Below are positions 24,441 to 36,857 of a stretch of DNA of 64,000 bases, one piece after another. The stretch is taken from positions 9,922,001-9,986,000 of the forward strand of contig CM075994.1 in NCBI GenBank assembly GCA_038087875.1, written 5' to 3'. This DNA comes from Malacoraja senta. Its lineage: Eukaryota. A model generated the notes under the pieces. It was not told where the DNA came from. It ran no database searches and worked only from the letters and a program-made list of their open reading frames with translations. A program made the translations under genes and the position numbers. Within the stretch, counting starts at the first letter, position 1. Each line of letters starts with the position of its first letter.

Positions 24441-27400
24441 TAACCCTTAATCTTATATAGAAACATAGAAACATAGAAAATACGTGCAGGAGTAGGCCAT
24501 TCGGCCCTTCGAGCCTGCACCGCCATTCAATACGCCTTCTCTCCATACCCCCTGATCCCTTTAGCCACAAGGGCCACATCTGACTCCCTCTTAAATATAG
24601 CCAATGAACTGGCCTCAACTACCTTCTGTGGCAGAGAATTCCACAGATTCACCACTCTCTGTGTGAAAAAGTATTTCCTCATCTCGCTCCTAAAAGACTT
24701 CCCCCTTATCCTTAAACTGTGACCCCTTGTTCTGGACTTCCCCAACATCGGGAACAATCTTCCTGCATCTAACCTGTCCAACCCCTTAAGAATTTTGTAA
24801 GTTTCTATAAGATCCTCCCTCAATCTTCTAAATTCTAGCGAGTATAAGCAGAGTCTATCCAGTCTTTCTTCATATGAAAGACCTGCCATCCCAGGAATCA
24901 GTCTGGTGAACCTTCTCTGTATTCCCTCTATGGCAAGAATGTCTTTCCTCAGATTAGGAGACCAAAACTGTACGCAATACTCCAGGTGTGGTTTCACCCA
25001 GACCCTGTACAACTGCAGTAGAACCTTCCTGCTCATACTCAAATCATTTTTCTATGAATGCTAACATACCATTCGCTTTCTTCACTGCCTGCTGCACCTG
25101 CATGCCTACTTTCAATGACTGGTGTACCATGACACCCAGGTCTCGTTGCATCTCCCCTTTTCCTAATCGGCCACCATTCAGATAATAGTCTACTTTCCTG
25201 CTTTTGGCACCAGAGTGGATAACCTCACATTTATCCACATTATACTGCATCTGCCATGCATTTTCCCACTCACCCAACCTATCCAAGTCATCTTGCAGCC
25301 TCCTAGCTAGCACCCTCCTCACAGCTAACACTGCCCCCCAGCTTCGTGTCATCCGCAAACTTGGAGATGTTGCATTCAATTCCCTAATCCAGCTCATTAA
25401 TATATATTGTAAATAGCTGGGGTCCCAGCACTGAGCCTTGCGGTAACCCACTAGTCACTGCCTGCCATTCTGAAAAAGACCCGTTTACTCCTACTCTTAG
25501 CTTCTTGTCTGCCAGCCAGTCCTCTATCCACATCAATACTGAACCCCCAATACCGTGTGCTTTAAGTTTGCATACTAATCTCTTATGTGGGACCTTGTCG
25601 AAAGCCATCTGAAAGTCCAGATATAGCACATCCACTGGTTCTCCCTTATCCACTCTACTAGTTACATCCTCGAAAAATTCTATAAGATTCGCCAGACATG
25701 ATTTACCTTTCATAAATCCATGCTGACTTTGTCCAATGATTTCATCACTTTCCAAATGTGCTGCTATCCCATCTTTAATAACTGAATCCAGCAGTTTCCC
25801 CACTACCGATTTTAGACTAACTGGTCTGTAATTCCCCGTTTTCTCTCTCCCTCCCTTTTTTAAAAAGTGGGGTTACATTAGCTACCCTCCAATCCTCAGG
25901 AACTACTCCAGAATCTAAAGAGTTTTGAAAAATTATCACTAATTTCTCATCTCGGTCTTAAATGGAGCCTATCTGGTCCTGGTGATTTATCGGCCTTTAA
26001 TCTATTCAATTTACCTAACACCACTTCCCGGCTAACCTGGATTTCACTCAGTTCCTCCATCTCATTTGACCCCCGGTCCCCTGCTATTTCCGGCAGATTA
26101 TTTATGTCTTCCTTAGTAAAGACAGAACCAAAGTAGTTATTCAATTGGTCTGCCATGTTCTTGTTCCCCATAATCAATTCACCTGTTTCTGACTACAAGG
26201 GACCTACAATTGTTTTAACTAATCTTTTTCTCTTCACTAATCTTTTTCTCTTATGTTCCCTGCCAGTTTTCTTTCATAATCTATTTTCCCTTTCCTAATT
26301 AAGCCCTTTGTTCTCCTCAGCTGGACTCTGAATTTCTCCCAGTCCTCTGGTAGGCTGCTTTATCTCGCTAATTTGTATGCATCATCTTTTGTTTTGATAC
26401 TATCCCTGATTTCCCTTGTTATCCACGGATGCACTACCTTCCCTGATTTATTCTTTTGCCAAACTGGGATGAACAATTGTTGTAGTTCATCCATGCAGTC
26501 TTTAAATGCCTTCCATTGCATATCCACTGTCAACCCTTTAAGAATCAATTGCCAGTCTATCTTGGCAAATTCACGTCTCATACCCTCAAAGTTACCTTTC
26601 TTTAAGTTCTGAACCATTGTTTCTGAATTAACAATGTCACTCTCCATCCTAATGAACTCAACCATATTATGGTCACTCTTGCCCAAGGGGCCACGCACAA
26701 CATGACTGCTAACTAACCCTTCCTCATTACTCAATACCCAGTCTAGAATAGCCTGCTCTCTCGTTGGTTCCTCTACATGTTGGTTTAGAAAACTATCCCG
26801 CATACATTCCAAGAAATCCTCTTCCTCAGCACCCCTGCCAATTTGATTCACCCAATCTATATGTAGATTGAAGTCACCCATTATAACTGTTTTACCTTTG
26901 TTGCACGCATTTCTAATTTCCTGTTTGATGCAATCCCCAACTCCACTACTACTGTTAGGTGGCCTGTACACAACTCCCACTAGCGTTTTCTGCCCCTTAG
27001 TGTTTCGCAGCTCTACCCATATCAATTCCACATCCTCCAAGCTAATGTCCTTCCTTTCTATTGCGTTAATCTCCTCTCTAACCAGCAACGCTACCCCACC
27101 TCCTTTTCCTTTCTGTCTATCCCTCCTGAATATTGAATATCCCTGGATGTTCAGCTCCCAGCCTTGGTCACCCTGGAGCCATGTCTCCGTGATCCCAACT
27201 ATATCATATTCATTAATAACTATCTGCGCATTCAACTCATCCACCTTATTACGAATGCTCCTTGCATTGAGACACAAAGCCTGCAGGCTTGTTTTTACAA
27301 CACTCTTACCCCTTATACAAATATGTTGAAAAGTGGCCCTTTTTGATTTTTGCCCTGGATTTGTCTGCCTACCACTTTTACTTTTCACCTTGCTACCTAT

Positions 27401-27462
27401 TGCTTCTACCCTCGTTATACACCCCTCTGTCTCTCTGCTCTTGCACCCATCCCCCTGCCACA

Positions 27463-28410
27463 TTAGTTTAAATCCTCCCCGACAGCACTAGCAAACACTC
27501 CCCCAAGGACATTGGTTCCATTCCAGCCCAGGTGCAGACCGTCCTGTTTGTATTGGTCCCACCTCCCCCAGAACTGGTTCCAATGCCCTAGAAAATTGAA
27601 TCCCTCCCCCTCGCACCATTTTTCAAGCCACGTATTCATCTGCATTATCCTCCTATTCCTACTCTGACTAGCACGTGGCACTGGTAGTAATCCAGAGATT
27701 ATTACCTTTGAGGTCCTACTTTTAAGTTTATCTCCTAGCTCCCTAAATTCACCTTGTAGGACCTCATCCCGTTTTTTACCAATATCGTTGGTGCCAATGT
27801 GCACCACGACAACTGGCTGTTCAGCCTCCCTCTCCAGAATGTTCTGCAGCCGTTCAATGACATCCTTGACCCTTGCACCAGGGATGCAACATACCATCCT
27901 CGAGTCTCGTTTGCGGCCGCAGAAACGCCTATCTATTCCCCTTACAATTGAATCCCCTATTACTATAGCCCTTCCACTCTTTTTCCTTCCCTCCTGTGCC
28001 GCAGAGCCACCCCTGGTGCCATGAACTTGGATGCTGCTGCCTTCCCCTGATGAGCCATCTCCCCCAACAGTATCCAAAATGGTATATCTGTTTAGGAGGG
28101 AGATGACCGCAGGGGACTCCTGCACTACCTGCCTACTGCTACGCTGGCTAATGGCCACCCGTTCCCTTTCTGTCCGCTTAACTTTTACCTGCGGTGTGGC
28201 CAACTCACTGTACGTGCTATTCACGACATTCTCAGCATCGGGGATGCTCCAGTATGAATCCAACCGCAGCTCCAACCGTTCAATGCGGTCTGCCAGGAGC
28301 TGCAGCTGGACACACTTCCTGCAAACGTAGTCACCAGGGACACCGACCATATCCTTGATCTCCCACATGTTGCAGGATGAGCAAACCATGGGGCCGATCT
28401 CAACTGACAT
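27463..28410 (-). CDS. CR1 ORF1p: zinc finger/leucine zipper plus SGNH esterase (open 315 aa)
   Basis: CSSCNMW...CRKC; SGNH blocks IVIGDSIVR, PGARV, HIGTND and DGLH. Confidence 0.88.
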   Translation of the reverse strand: MSVEIGPMVCSSCNMWEIKDMVGVPGDYVCRKCVQLQLLADRIERLELRLDSYWSIPDAENVVNSTYSELATPQVKVKRTERERVAISQRSSRQVVQESPAVISLLNRYTILDTVGGDGSSGEGSSIQVHGTRGGSAAQEGRKKSGRAIVIGDSIVRGIDRRFCGRKRDSRMVCCIPGARVKDVIERLQNILEREAEQPVVVVHIGTNDIGKKRDEVLQGEFRELGDKLKSRTSKVIISGLLPVPRASQSRNRRIMQMNTWLEKWCEGEGFNFLGHWNQFWGRWDQYKQDGLHLGWNGTNVLGGVFASAVGEDLN

Positions 28411-28494
28411 GGCTTGCCCCCAAATTAAATCAACTCCCTCACACTATAAAAATCTTAATCCTTTAAACTGGACCTTCACTAAAAAGCACTGTAC

Positions 28495-28792
28495 CTGAAC
28501 TCACTGTCCCCTTAACTCACTATCCCCTTAACTCACTATCCCCTTAACTCACTGTACCCCTTAACTCACTGTCCCCTTAACTCACTGTCCCCTTAACTCA
28601 CTGTACCCATTAACTCACTGTACCCATTAACTCACTGTACCCCTTAACTCACTGTACCCCTTAACTCACTGTACCCCTTAACTCACTGTCCCCTTAACTC
28701 ACTGTCCCCTTAACTCACTGTCCCCTTAACTCACTGTCCCCTTAACTCACTGTACCCTTAACTCACTGTCCCCTTAACTCACTGTACCCTTA
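28495..28792. repeat. 17-18-bp tandem array in the CR1 5' UTR
   Basis: (ccccttaactcactgt[a]) repeated about 17 times. Confidence 0.92.
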
Positions 28793-29229
28793 ATCAGAAA
28801 GCAGAAAAGCAAACCTGGGGTTGCTTCCTCTTGAACGCTTCCAAAAATCAGCGGCTTCCACCAGACTACTTCCTTTGAAGTGTGCTGGATATTTACAGAC
28901 TGGGTCCTCCTCTCGCTCCAACGGCTCCTGGGCCTCTGTGGAGCAAAGCCCCGCGCTCGATTTTTAAACTCACCGGCCGGATAATCCTCCTCTCGCTCCA
29001 ACGGCTCCTGGGCCTCAATAAGATCCCCACTCATTCTTCTACATGGATAGGTGGGAAATGGGTCAAACGCAGGCACATAGGACTTGGGTAGATGTGGTAT
29101 CTTGGCCAGAATGGACAAGTAGAGACAGCATCCGTGGTCAGGATCGAACTCAGGTCTCCGGCGCTGTGAGGCAGCCACTCTACCGCTGCACCACCGTGCC
29201 ACCCCCAAATCGCGTGTTTTTCTGTCCCA

Positions 29230-29648
29230 ACTCTGGAGTTCAGAAGGAAGAGAGGGCATCTTATTGAAACATATAAGATTATTAAGGGTTTGGGCATGCT
29301 AGAGGCAGGAAACATGTTCCCGATGTTGGTGGAGTCCAGAACCAGGGGCCACACAGTTTAAGAATAAGGGGTAAGCCATTTAGAACGGAGACGAGGAAAC
29401 ACTTTTTCACACAGAGTTATGAGTCTGTGGAATTCTCTGCCTCAGAGGGTGGTGGAGGCCGGTTCTCTGTACACTTTTCAAGGGAGAGCTGGATAGGGCT
29501 CTTAAAAAAAATAGCGGAGTCAGGGGATATGGGGAGAAGGCAGGAACGGGGTACTGATTGGGGATGATCAGCCATGATCACATTGAATGGCGGTGCTGGC
29601 TCGAAGGGCCGAATGGCCTACTCCTGCACCTATTGTCTATTGTCTATT
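29230..29648 (+). mobile_element. CR1 LINE 3' fragment
   Basis: LIETYKIIKGL...GEKAGTGY and CR1 3' UTR. Confidence 0.88.
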
Positions 29649-29829
29649 CTACAGGGAGACCTGGATCAGATCGAGCAAGTTGGCGCCCTGCCTGAGGAAG
29701 GCCATTCTTTGGCTACCAATAGCAACCACAAACACCGCCCTTCCCTGGTGAGTTCACCTCCATTTCATTTTGTAGTGGACTAACCACAAAACTTTAAAAA
29801 AAAAATTTTTTTTTAAATATATATTAAGG

Positions 29830-30140
29830 GCCCAGCAGTAGAGTTGCTGCCTTACAGCGAATGCAGCGCCGGAGACCCGGGTTCGAACCCGACTACGGGT
29901 GCTGTCTGTACGGAGTTTGCACGGTCTCCCCGTGACCTGTGTGGAATTTCTCCGAGATCTTCTGTTTCCTCCCACACTCCAAAGACGTGCAAGTTTGTAG
30001 GTAAATTGGCTTGGTAAATGTAAAAATTGTTCCTAGTGTGTGTAGGATAGTTTTAATGTGCGGGGATCGCTGGTCGGCGCGGACCCGGTGGGCCAAAGGG
30101 CCTGTTTCCGCGCTGTATCTCCAAACTGAACTAAACTAAG
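29830..30140 (+). mobile_element. V-SINE/HE1-like SINE
   Basis: Head gtagagttgctgccttacagcg...gggttcgaacccg, core ctcccacactccaaagacgt, CR1 tail with (ctaaa)n. Confidence 0.8.
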
Positions 30141-30429
30141 TGCTGGAATAACTCGGCAGGACAGGTAGCATCTCTGGGTAGAGAGAAAACCGGTCACGGG
30201 GAGAACGTGTAAACTCCGTGCCGACAGCACCCGTAGTCGGGATCGAACCCGGGTCTCTGGCGCTGTGAGGCAGCAACTCTGCAGCGTGGAAGCTTCAGGC
30301 CCGGTGCTGAGTCCAGGCTGCAGGTAAGGCGATGGCTGTGGGCTGCTGGAGGGAGGGCGGTGGAATGGCCATGGTCAGTGGGCAAAGCGTGGGAGGTCCC
30401 GGTGGGCGAATGGTCGGTGGGACGGCGAG

Positions 30430-31250
30430 GTTCGACGGGTCCGGTGAGGCAGCCAGGTGAGTAGGCCCCGGTGCGGCGCGGAGGTGAGTAGGCCCCGGTG
30501 TGGCGCGGAGGTAGGTAGGCCCCCGGTGTGGCCGGGAGGTAGGTAGGCCCGGTGCGGCGCGGAGGTGGATAGGCCCCCGGTGCGACGCGGAGGTAGGTAG
30601 GCCCGGTGCGGCGCAGAGGTGTCTAGGCCCGGTGCGACGCGGAGGTAGGTAGGCTCCCGGTGTGGCGGGGAGGTGGCTAGGCCCGGTGCGGCGCGGAGGT
30701 GGGTAGGCCCCCGGTGCGACGCGGAGGTAGAAAGGCCCCCGGTGTGGCGGGGAGGTGGCTAGGCCCGGTGCGACGCGGAGGTAGGTAGGCCCCCGGTGTG
30801 GTGGGGAGGTGCCTAGGCCCAGTGCGGCGCGGAGGTGGGTAGGCCCCCGGTGCGACGCGGAGGTAGGTAGGCCCCCGGTGCGACGCGCAGGTAGGTAGGC
30901 CCCCAGGTGGGACGCGGAGGTAGGTAGGCACCCGGTGTGACGCGGAGGTAGGTAGGCCCCGGTGCGGCGGCGAGGTGGGTAGGCCCCCGGTGCGTCGCGG
31001 AGGTAGGTAGGCCCCCGGTGTGGCGGGGAGGTGGCTAGGCCCGGTGCGACGCGGAGGTAGGTAGGCCCCCGGTGTGGCGGGGAGGTGGCTAGGCCCGGTG
31101 CGGCGCGGAGGTGGGTAGGCCCCCGGTGCGACGCGGAGGTAGGTAGGCCCCCGGTGCGACGCGCAGGTAGGTAGGCCCCTAGGTGGGACGCGGAGGTAGG
31201 TAGGCCCCCGCTGCGGTGGGGAGGTGGCTAGGCCCGGTGCGGCGGCGAGG
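30430..31250. repeat. GC-rich minisatellite (about 27-30-bp unit ggaggtaggtaggcccccggtgcgacgc)
   Basis: About 28 degenerate tandem copies. Confidence 0.92.
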
Positions 31251-31659
31251 TTCGGCGGGGGGAAAGGGTTAAATAAACTACATACCTTTTGCTTTGTCCT
31301 GCACTTCCAAGAATCTTTGGAGCAAATTCCTCCCCACAATGAATATAAACCCCTCCCCCCCCACACACACACCACCAAAGCCTCCGGAATCGCAAGCACA
31401 GCGCCACTGATGGTAGGGTTTGTATCAACGCCACTATGTCAAATGTTGTATACACCTTGGTGGAGCGAGCCGAGGCTCCCCTAGATCTCGAGGCCCTAAG
31501 CATAAGCTTGTCTAGCTTAAACGTAAATCCGGCCCTGCCTCTCATCATTCTAAACTCCAGAGTATACAAGCCCAGCCGCTCCATTCTCTCAGCGTATGAC
31601 AGTCCCGCCATCCCGGGAATTAACTTTGTATACAAGCCCAGCCGCTTCACTTTAATAGT

Positions 31660-31930
31660 CAGAAATCACAACAAGATAGACAAAACATGAAATTAAAGCG
31701 ACGAGTGGAAAGGATTGGGGTTGTGCAAAGATCGGGATTGGGGAGGAGGGAGGGGAGTCAGTCTACCCCACGACAGAAGGGGGAGGAGTTGTACGATTTG
31801 ATAGCCACAGGGAAGAAGGATCTCCTGTGGCGTTCTGTGCTGCATCTTGGTGGAACCAGTCTGTTGCTGAAGGTGTTCCTCAGGTTGACCAGTGTGTCAC
31901 GGAGGGGGGTGAGCTGTATTGTCCAGGATG
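31660..31930 (-). mobile_element. Rex1/Babar-like LINE 3' fragment
   Basis: PLRDTL...TFSNRLVPPRCSTERHRRSFFPVAIKSYNS. Confidence 0.7.
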
Positions 31931-32046
31931 CTATACGATACCACACGCAAAGATCCGTCTGTCCGCGCGTTCGCTTGCTCTTGGAGCCGGCGCTTCTCCC
32001 CTCAGACTCCGCCAAACAAACGCGCACACACACACACACACACAGC

Positions 32047-32137
32047 ATGTCCGGCAGACCGGTAGACCGGTGCGGGCCGAGACCATGAGCAGGGCGAAGG
32101 ATGACATCAAACGGGTCATGGCAGCTATCAAAAAAGT
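32047..32137 (+). pseudogene. BCL7-family N-terminal fragment (BCL7A-like), frameshifted
   Basis: MSGR[P][23 protein letters not shown] versus BCL7A [28 protein letters not shown]. An 8-nt duplication (agaccggt) shifts the frame. Confidence 0.8.
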
Positions 32138-32870
32138 CGAGCCGAAATATCACCTATTCTCTCCGGAGATGCTGCCTGATCCGCTGAGTTACTCCAGCCT
32201 TTTGTGTCCATCTTCGGTTTAAACCAGCATCTGCAGTTCCGCCCTGTACAAGGTATGCACCATTTTAACTGAATGCATAACTGAAGTCGGGTCGGGTCAA
32301 AGATAGGGTCGGGGTTACTAAAATGGCGGAAGTTACGCTCCGTTGCGTACTACACGTCAGCCCATTGGATTTTGCAGGAGTGGACCATTTTGCTCTGCTC
32401 CATGATCTTTGACCTCACCTTCTCCATTGCTCTAAGGGCACTGACGTCCTCCTTGAAGAGCGGGAAGAGATCCGTTCAACAGAAGCTGATGATGATGAAG
32501 AGGTATGTCTGTCTGTCCAGCTGCTAACGAGATCCAAGTGTACTTTGACTTACTTACTTTCTGCCTATTGTGCCTCCTGGCATGTAGGGCAGCAAGGAAG
32601 GTCCTCCACTCCTGTATGTTCTGGGCTAGCTTCTGGACACTACCTCAGGTCAGGTCCATTGTTTTCATTTCCTCCTCTACAGTTCAACGCCAGGTGGTTT
32701 TGGGTCTCCCTCTTTTCCTTTTCCCTTCCGATGTCCAGTGCAGGGCTATTCTTGGGATGTTGTCTGGTTCTCTTCGGCTTTCACTGTTGACATTCGTCCC
32801 AGCATCTGTCGATAGCCCTGGAAGTCCATCACGCCCAGGAGTGTTGAATGTTCAGTTGCTGTTTCCGTAA

Positions 32871-35016
32871 GGCAAGGCAAGGCAAGGCAAGTTTATTTGT
32901 ATAGCACCTTTCAACCACAAGGTAATTCAAAGTGCTTTACATAAAACATTTAAAGCATTTGAAAGAAACACATATAAAATGACATTTAGATATAAAATGA
33001 TTATTAGATTATTCAGATAAAATAATTACAAAATTAAAAGCAATCAAATAAAATATTTAAAATAGAATAAAACCAGGAATAGAAGTTACAGTGCAGTATA
33101 GGTAATTAATAAATTGTATTGTTTACTGAAAGGCAGCGGCAAACAGAAAAGTCTTCAGTCTAGATTTAAAAGAGCTGAGAGTTGCAACAGACCTGCAGTT
33201 TTCTGGGAGTTTGTTCCAGATATGTGGTGCATAAAAACTAAATGCTGCCTCTCCATGTTTAGTTCTGACTCTGGGGACACAGAGCAGACCTGTCCCAGAC
33301 GATCTGAGAGGTCTGGGTGGTTCGTAGCTAAGCAGAAGATCAGAAATGTATTTTGGCCCTAAACCATTCAGTGCTTTGTAAACCAACAGTAGTATTTTGA
33401 AATCAATTCTTTGACAGACAGGAAGCCAGTGTAAAGACCTCAGAACTGGAGTAATGTGATCTACTTTTTTGGTCTTAGTGAGGACTCGAGCAGCAGCGTT
33501 CTGAATTAACTGCAGCTGTCTGATCGACTTTTTAGGGAGACCTGTAAAGACACTGTTACAGTAGTCGAGCCTGCTGAAGATAAATGCATGGACAAGTTTT
33601 TCAAAATCCTGCTGAGACATAAGTCCTTTAATCCTTGATATATTCTTTAGGTGATAGTAGGCTGACTTAGTGACTGTTTTTATGTGGCTGTTGAAGTTCA
33701 GGTCTGAGTCCATGACTACTCCTAAGTTTCTGGCTTGGTTTGTTGTTTTTAGCATTACCATTTGAAGCTGGGTGCTAACTTTTAATCGTTCTTCCTTGGC
33801 TCCAAAAACAATTATTTCAGTTATTTCTTTGTTTAATTGGAGAAAAGTCTGGTGCATCCAATCGTTGATTTGCTCAATGCATCTACTCAGTGCTTGTATT
33901 GGACTATAGTCTCCTGGTGATATTGTTATGTAGATTTGTGTGTCGTCTGCGTAACTATGGTAACATATTTTGATGTTTTTCATGATCTGAGCCAGTGGAA
34001 GCATGTAGATGTTAAACAGAAGAGGCCCCAGAATGAAGCCCTGGGGAACTCCACATGTAATTTTTGCACGCTCAGATGTGTAATTACCTATAGACACAAA
34101 GTAGTCCCTGTCCTTCAAGTAGGATTCAAACCATTTTAATGCTGTGCCCGAAAGTCCCACCCAGTTTTCCAGACAGTCTAGTAATATGTTGTGATCGACT
34201 GTGTCGAATGCAGCACTGAGATCTAGTAATAACTAAGACTGAAATTTTGCCATTGTCTGTGTTTAAGTGAATGTCATTGAAGACCTTAACAAGAGCCGTC
34301 TCGGTGCTGTGGTGTGGTCTAAATCCTGACTGGAAGACATCAAAACAGCTGTTCATTAACATGAAATTGTTCAGCTGCTTAAAAACAGCTTTTTCAATGA
34401 TTTTACTGAGAAATGGGGGGTTTGATATTGGTCTGTAATTGTTCAGTAGTGAAGTGTCTAAGTTCTTCTTTTTTAAGAGAGGCTTGATAACAGCAGTTTT
34501 CAGGGCTTGTGGGAAGACACCTGAGAGAAGGGACGTGTTTACAATTTGTAGAAGGTCTGAGGTCATGCAGTTTGATACACCTTTGAAAAGGCCTGTTGGT
34601 AGAATATCGAGGCAGCAGGAGGAGGATTTCAAATGTTGTATAATGTCCTCCAAGGTTTTATGGTTAATAACATAAAATTGTGTCATGGTATTTGAATTGA
34701 TTATAAGTGGACACATGGACAACACATGTCCTGCACCTGATGTGGAGGCACTGACTGCTTGCCTAATTTTCTGAATTTTGTCGGTGAAGAAGGAGGCAAA
34801 TTCATTACAGGCCCTTGTGGAAAGCAGTTCAGGGGCTACTGACACAGGAGGGTTTGTTAGCCTGTCGACAGTAGTAAACAAGGCCCGTGCATTATTATTG
34901 TTTTTGGCAATGATGTCAGAGAAGAAGGATTGCCTTGCATTTCTCAGTTCCAAGTTGTAGATGCGAAGTCTTTCTTTATAGATGTAAAAGTGCACCTGGA
35001 GATTTGTTTTCCGGCA
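32871..35016 (-). mobile_element. L2-clade LINE, RT region
   Basis: [54 protein letters not shown]; (CCTTG)n tail. Confidence 0.92.
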
Positions 35017-35199
35017 CCGTAACATATTTGTTTTATGAGACAGGGTTGTTAGCCCTGTGCTCAATCCCCAACCTGGAGATCGCTCTTCGTCTCGCCTCTA
35101 CACTTCGACCTGTCCGGCATGGGAGACCCTAACAGGAGACGAATCTCCCGCTGGCATAGCTCCAGGGGTCACTGAGACACACAAGCTCCCTGACCATGA

Positions 35200-36032
35200 T
35201 TCAGATTCAGATTCAACTTTATTGTCATTGTGCAGTGTACAGTACAGAGACAACGAAATGCAGTTAGCATCTCCCTAGAAGAGCGACATAAATATGAGCA
35301 ATAAATAAATCTAATAAATCCTGGTGGGAGGAGTGTCCGGGGGGGGGGGGGTTGATTGACAGTCACCGAGTTACAGTGTTGAGTAGTGTAACAGCCGCAG
35401 GGAAGAAGCTGTTCCTGAACCTGCTGGTCCGGCAACGGAGAGACCTGTAGCGCCTCCCGGATGGTAGGAGGGTAAACAGTCTGTGGTTGGGGTGAGAGCA
35501 GTCCTTGGCGATGCTGAGCGCCCTTCGCAGACACGCTTGCTTTGGACAGACTCAATGGAGGGGAGTGAGGAACCGGTGATGGGTTGGGCGGTTTTCACCA
35601 CCCTCTGCAGTGCTTTCCGGTCGGAGACAGAGCAGTTGCCATACCATACTGTGATGCAGTTGGTAAGGATGCTCTCGATGGTGCAGCGGTAGAAGTTCAC
35701 CAGAATCTGAGGAGACAGATGGACCTTCTTTAGTCTCCTCAGGAAGAAGAGACGCTGGTGAGCCTTCTTGACCAGAGTTGAGGTATTGTGGGTGCAAGAG
35801 AGGTCATCGGAAATGTTGACCCACAGGAACCTGAAGCTGGAAACACGTTCCACCTCCGTCCCATTAATGTGGATGGGGTTGTGCGTGCCGCCCCTAGACT
35901 TCCTGAAGTCTACAATGAGCTCCTTGGTCTTCTTGGAGTTAAGGGCCAGGTTGTTGTCAGCGCACCATGCTGCTAGGAGCTGGACCTTCTCCCTATAGGC
36001 TGACTCATCGTTGTTGCTGATGAGGCCAATCA
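35200..36032 (-). mobile_element. Rex1/Babar LINE 3' part
   Basis: GLISNNDESAYR, KTKELIVDFRK, KKAHQRLFFLRRL, FYRCTIESILT; (AATCTG)n tail. Confidence 0.9.
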
Positions 36033-36274
36033 CCATGACAAGGTTGCAATCCAACAGGGCACCAATCCACCAAGTGTCCTTTAAGGATGGACACAAAATA
36101 CTGCAGTAACTCAGGCAGCATCTCTGGAGGGAAGGAATGAGTGATCTTTTGGATCGAGACCCCTCCTTTCGAAACCCTGCTCCTTAGACCCAAGTCATAC
36201 CTCCATCTCTTGTTCCACGGAGATTTGAGTCCAGCCAAGTCCACCCTTTGGCCGTTCCAGAGCAGAGGTGAAGC

Positions 36275-36765
36275 AGTAGAAATAGATAATAGACAATAGG
36301 AAATAGACAACAGGTAATAGACAATAGGTAATAGACAATAGACAATAGATAATAGACAATAGACAATAGGTGCAGGAGTAGGCCATTCGGCCCTTCGAGC
36401 CAGCACCGCCATTCAATGTGATCATGGCTGATCATCCCCAATCAGTACCCCGTTCCTGCCTTCTCCCCATATCCCGTGACTCCGCTATCTTTAAGAGCCC
36501 TATCTAGTTCTCTCTTAAAAGTATCCAGAGAACCGGCCTCCACTGCCCTCTGAGGCAGAGAATTCCACAGACTCACAACTCTCTGTGTGAAAAAGTGGTT
36601 CCTGGTCTCCGTTCTAAATGGCTTACTCCTTATTCTTAAACTGTGTGACACCTTGGTTCTGGACTCCCCCAACATCGGGAACATGTTTCCTGCCTCTAGC
36701 GTGTCCAGACCCTTAACAATCTTATATGTTTCAATAAGATACCCTCTCATCCTTCTAAACTCCAA
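36275..36765 (-). mobile_element. CR1 LINE 3' fragment with expanded (CTATTGT)n tail
   Basis: ORF 36442..36765. Confidence 0.9.
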
Positions 36766-36857
36766 ATAACCCGGTTACATCCACTAGTTAGCCACGGGTG
36801 GTGCAGCGGTAGAGTTGCTGCATCACCGCGCCGGAAACCCGGGTTCGATCTCGAGTA

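Larger units (their letters stand above)
24465..29017 (-). mobile_element. Near full-length CR1 LINE (5' UTR, ORF1, degraded ORF2)
   Basis: ORF1 27463..28410; ORF2 fragments 26360..27463 (EN), 25384..25803 and 24527..25042 (RT); 5' UTR with tandem array; (TTTCTATG)n tail. Confidence 0.92.
32550..36075 (-). mobile_element. Internally deleted RTE-clade LINE, split by L2 and Rex1 insertions (pieces 32550-32870, 35017-35199, 36033-36075)
   Basis: RTE C-terminus (NIPRIALHWTSEGKRKRGRPKTTWR) with (AGTA)n tail. UTR pieces rejoin at ccgtaa and accatga duplications. Confidence 0.7.

Noticed and set aside
28495..28792. CRISPR-like regular array
   Set aside because: No unique spacers; it is a eukaryotic tandem repeat within a CR1 5' UTR.
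29830..29900. tRNA gene-like A/B boxes
   Set aside because: These are SINE heads continuing into the V-core and CR1 tail; there is no cloverleaf.
30677..31399. 240-aa Pro/Thr-rich ORF
   Set aside because: Translation of the GC-rich minisatellite.
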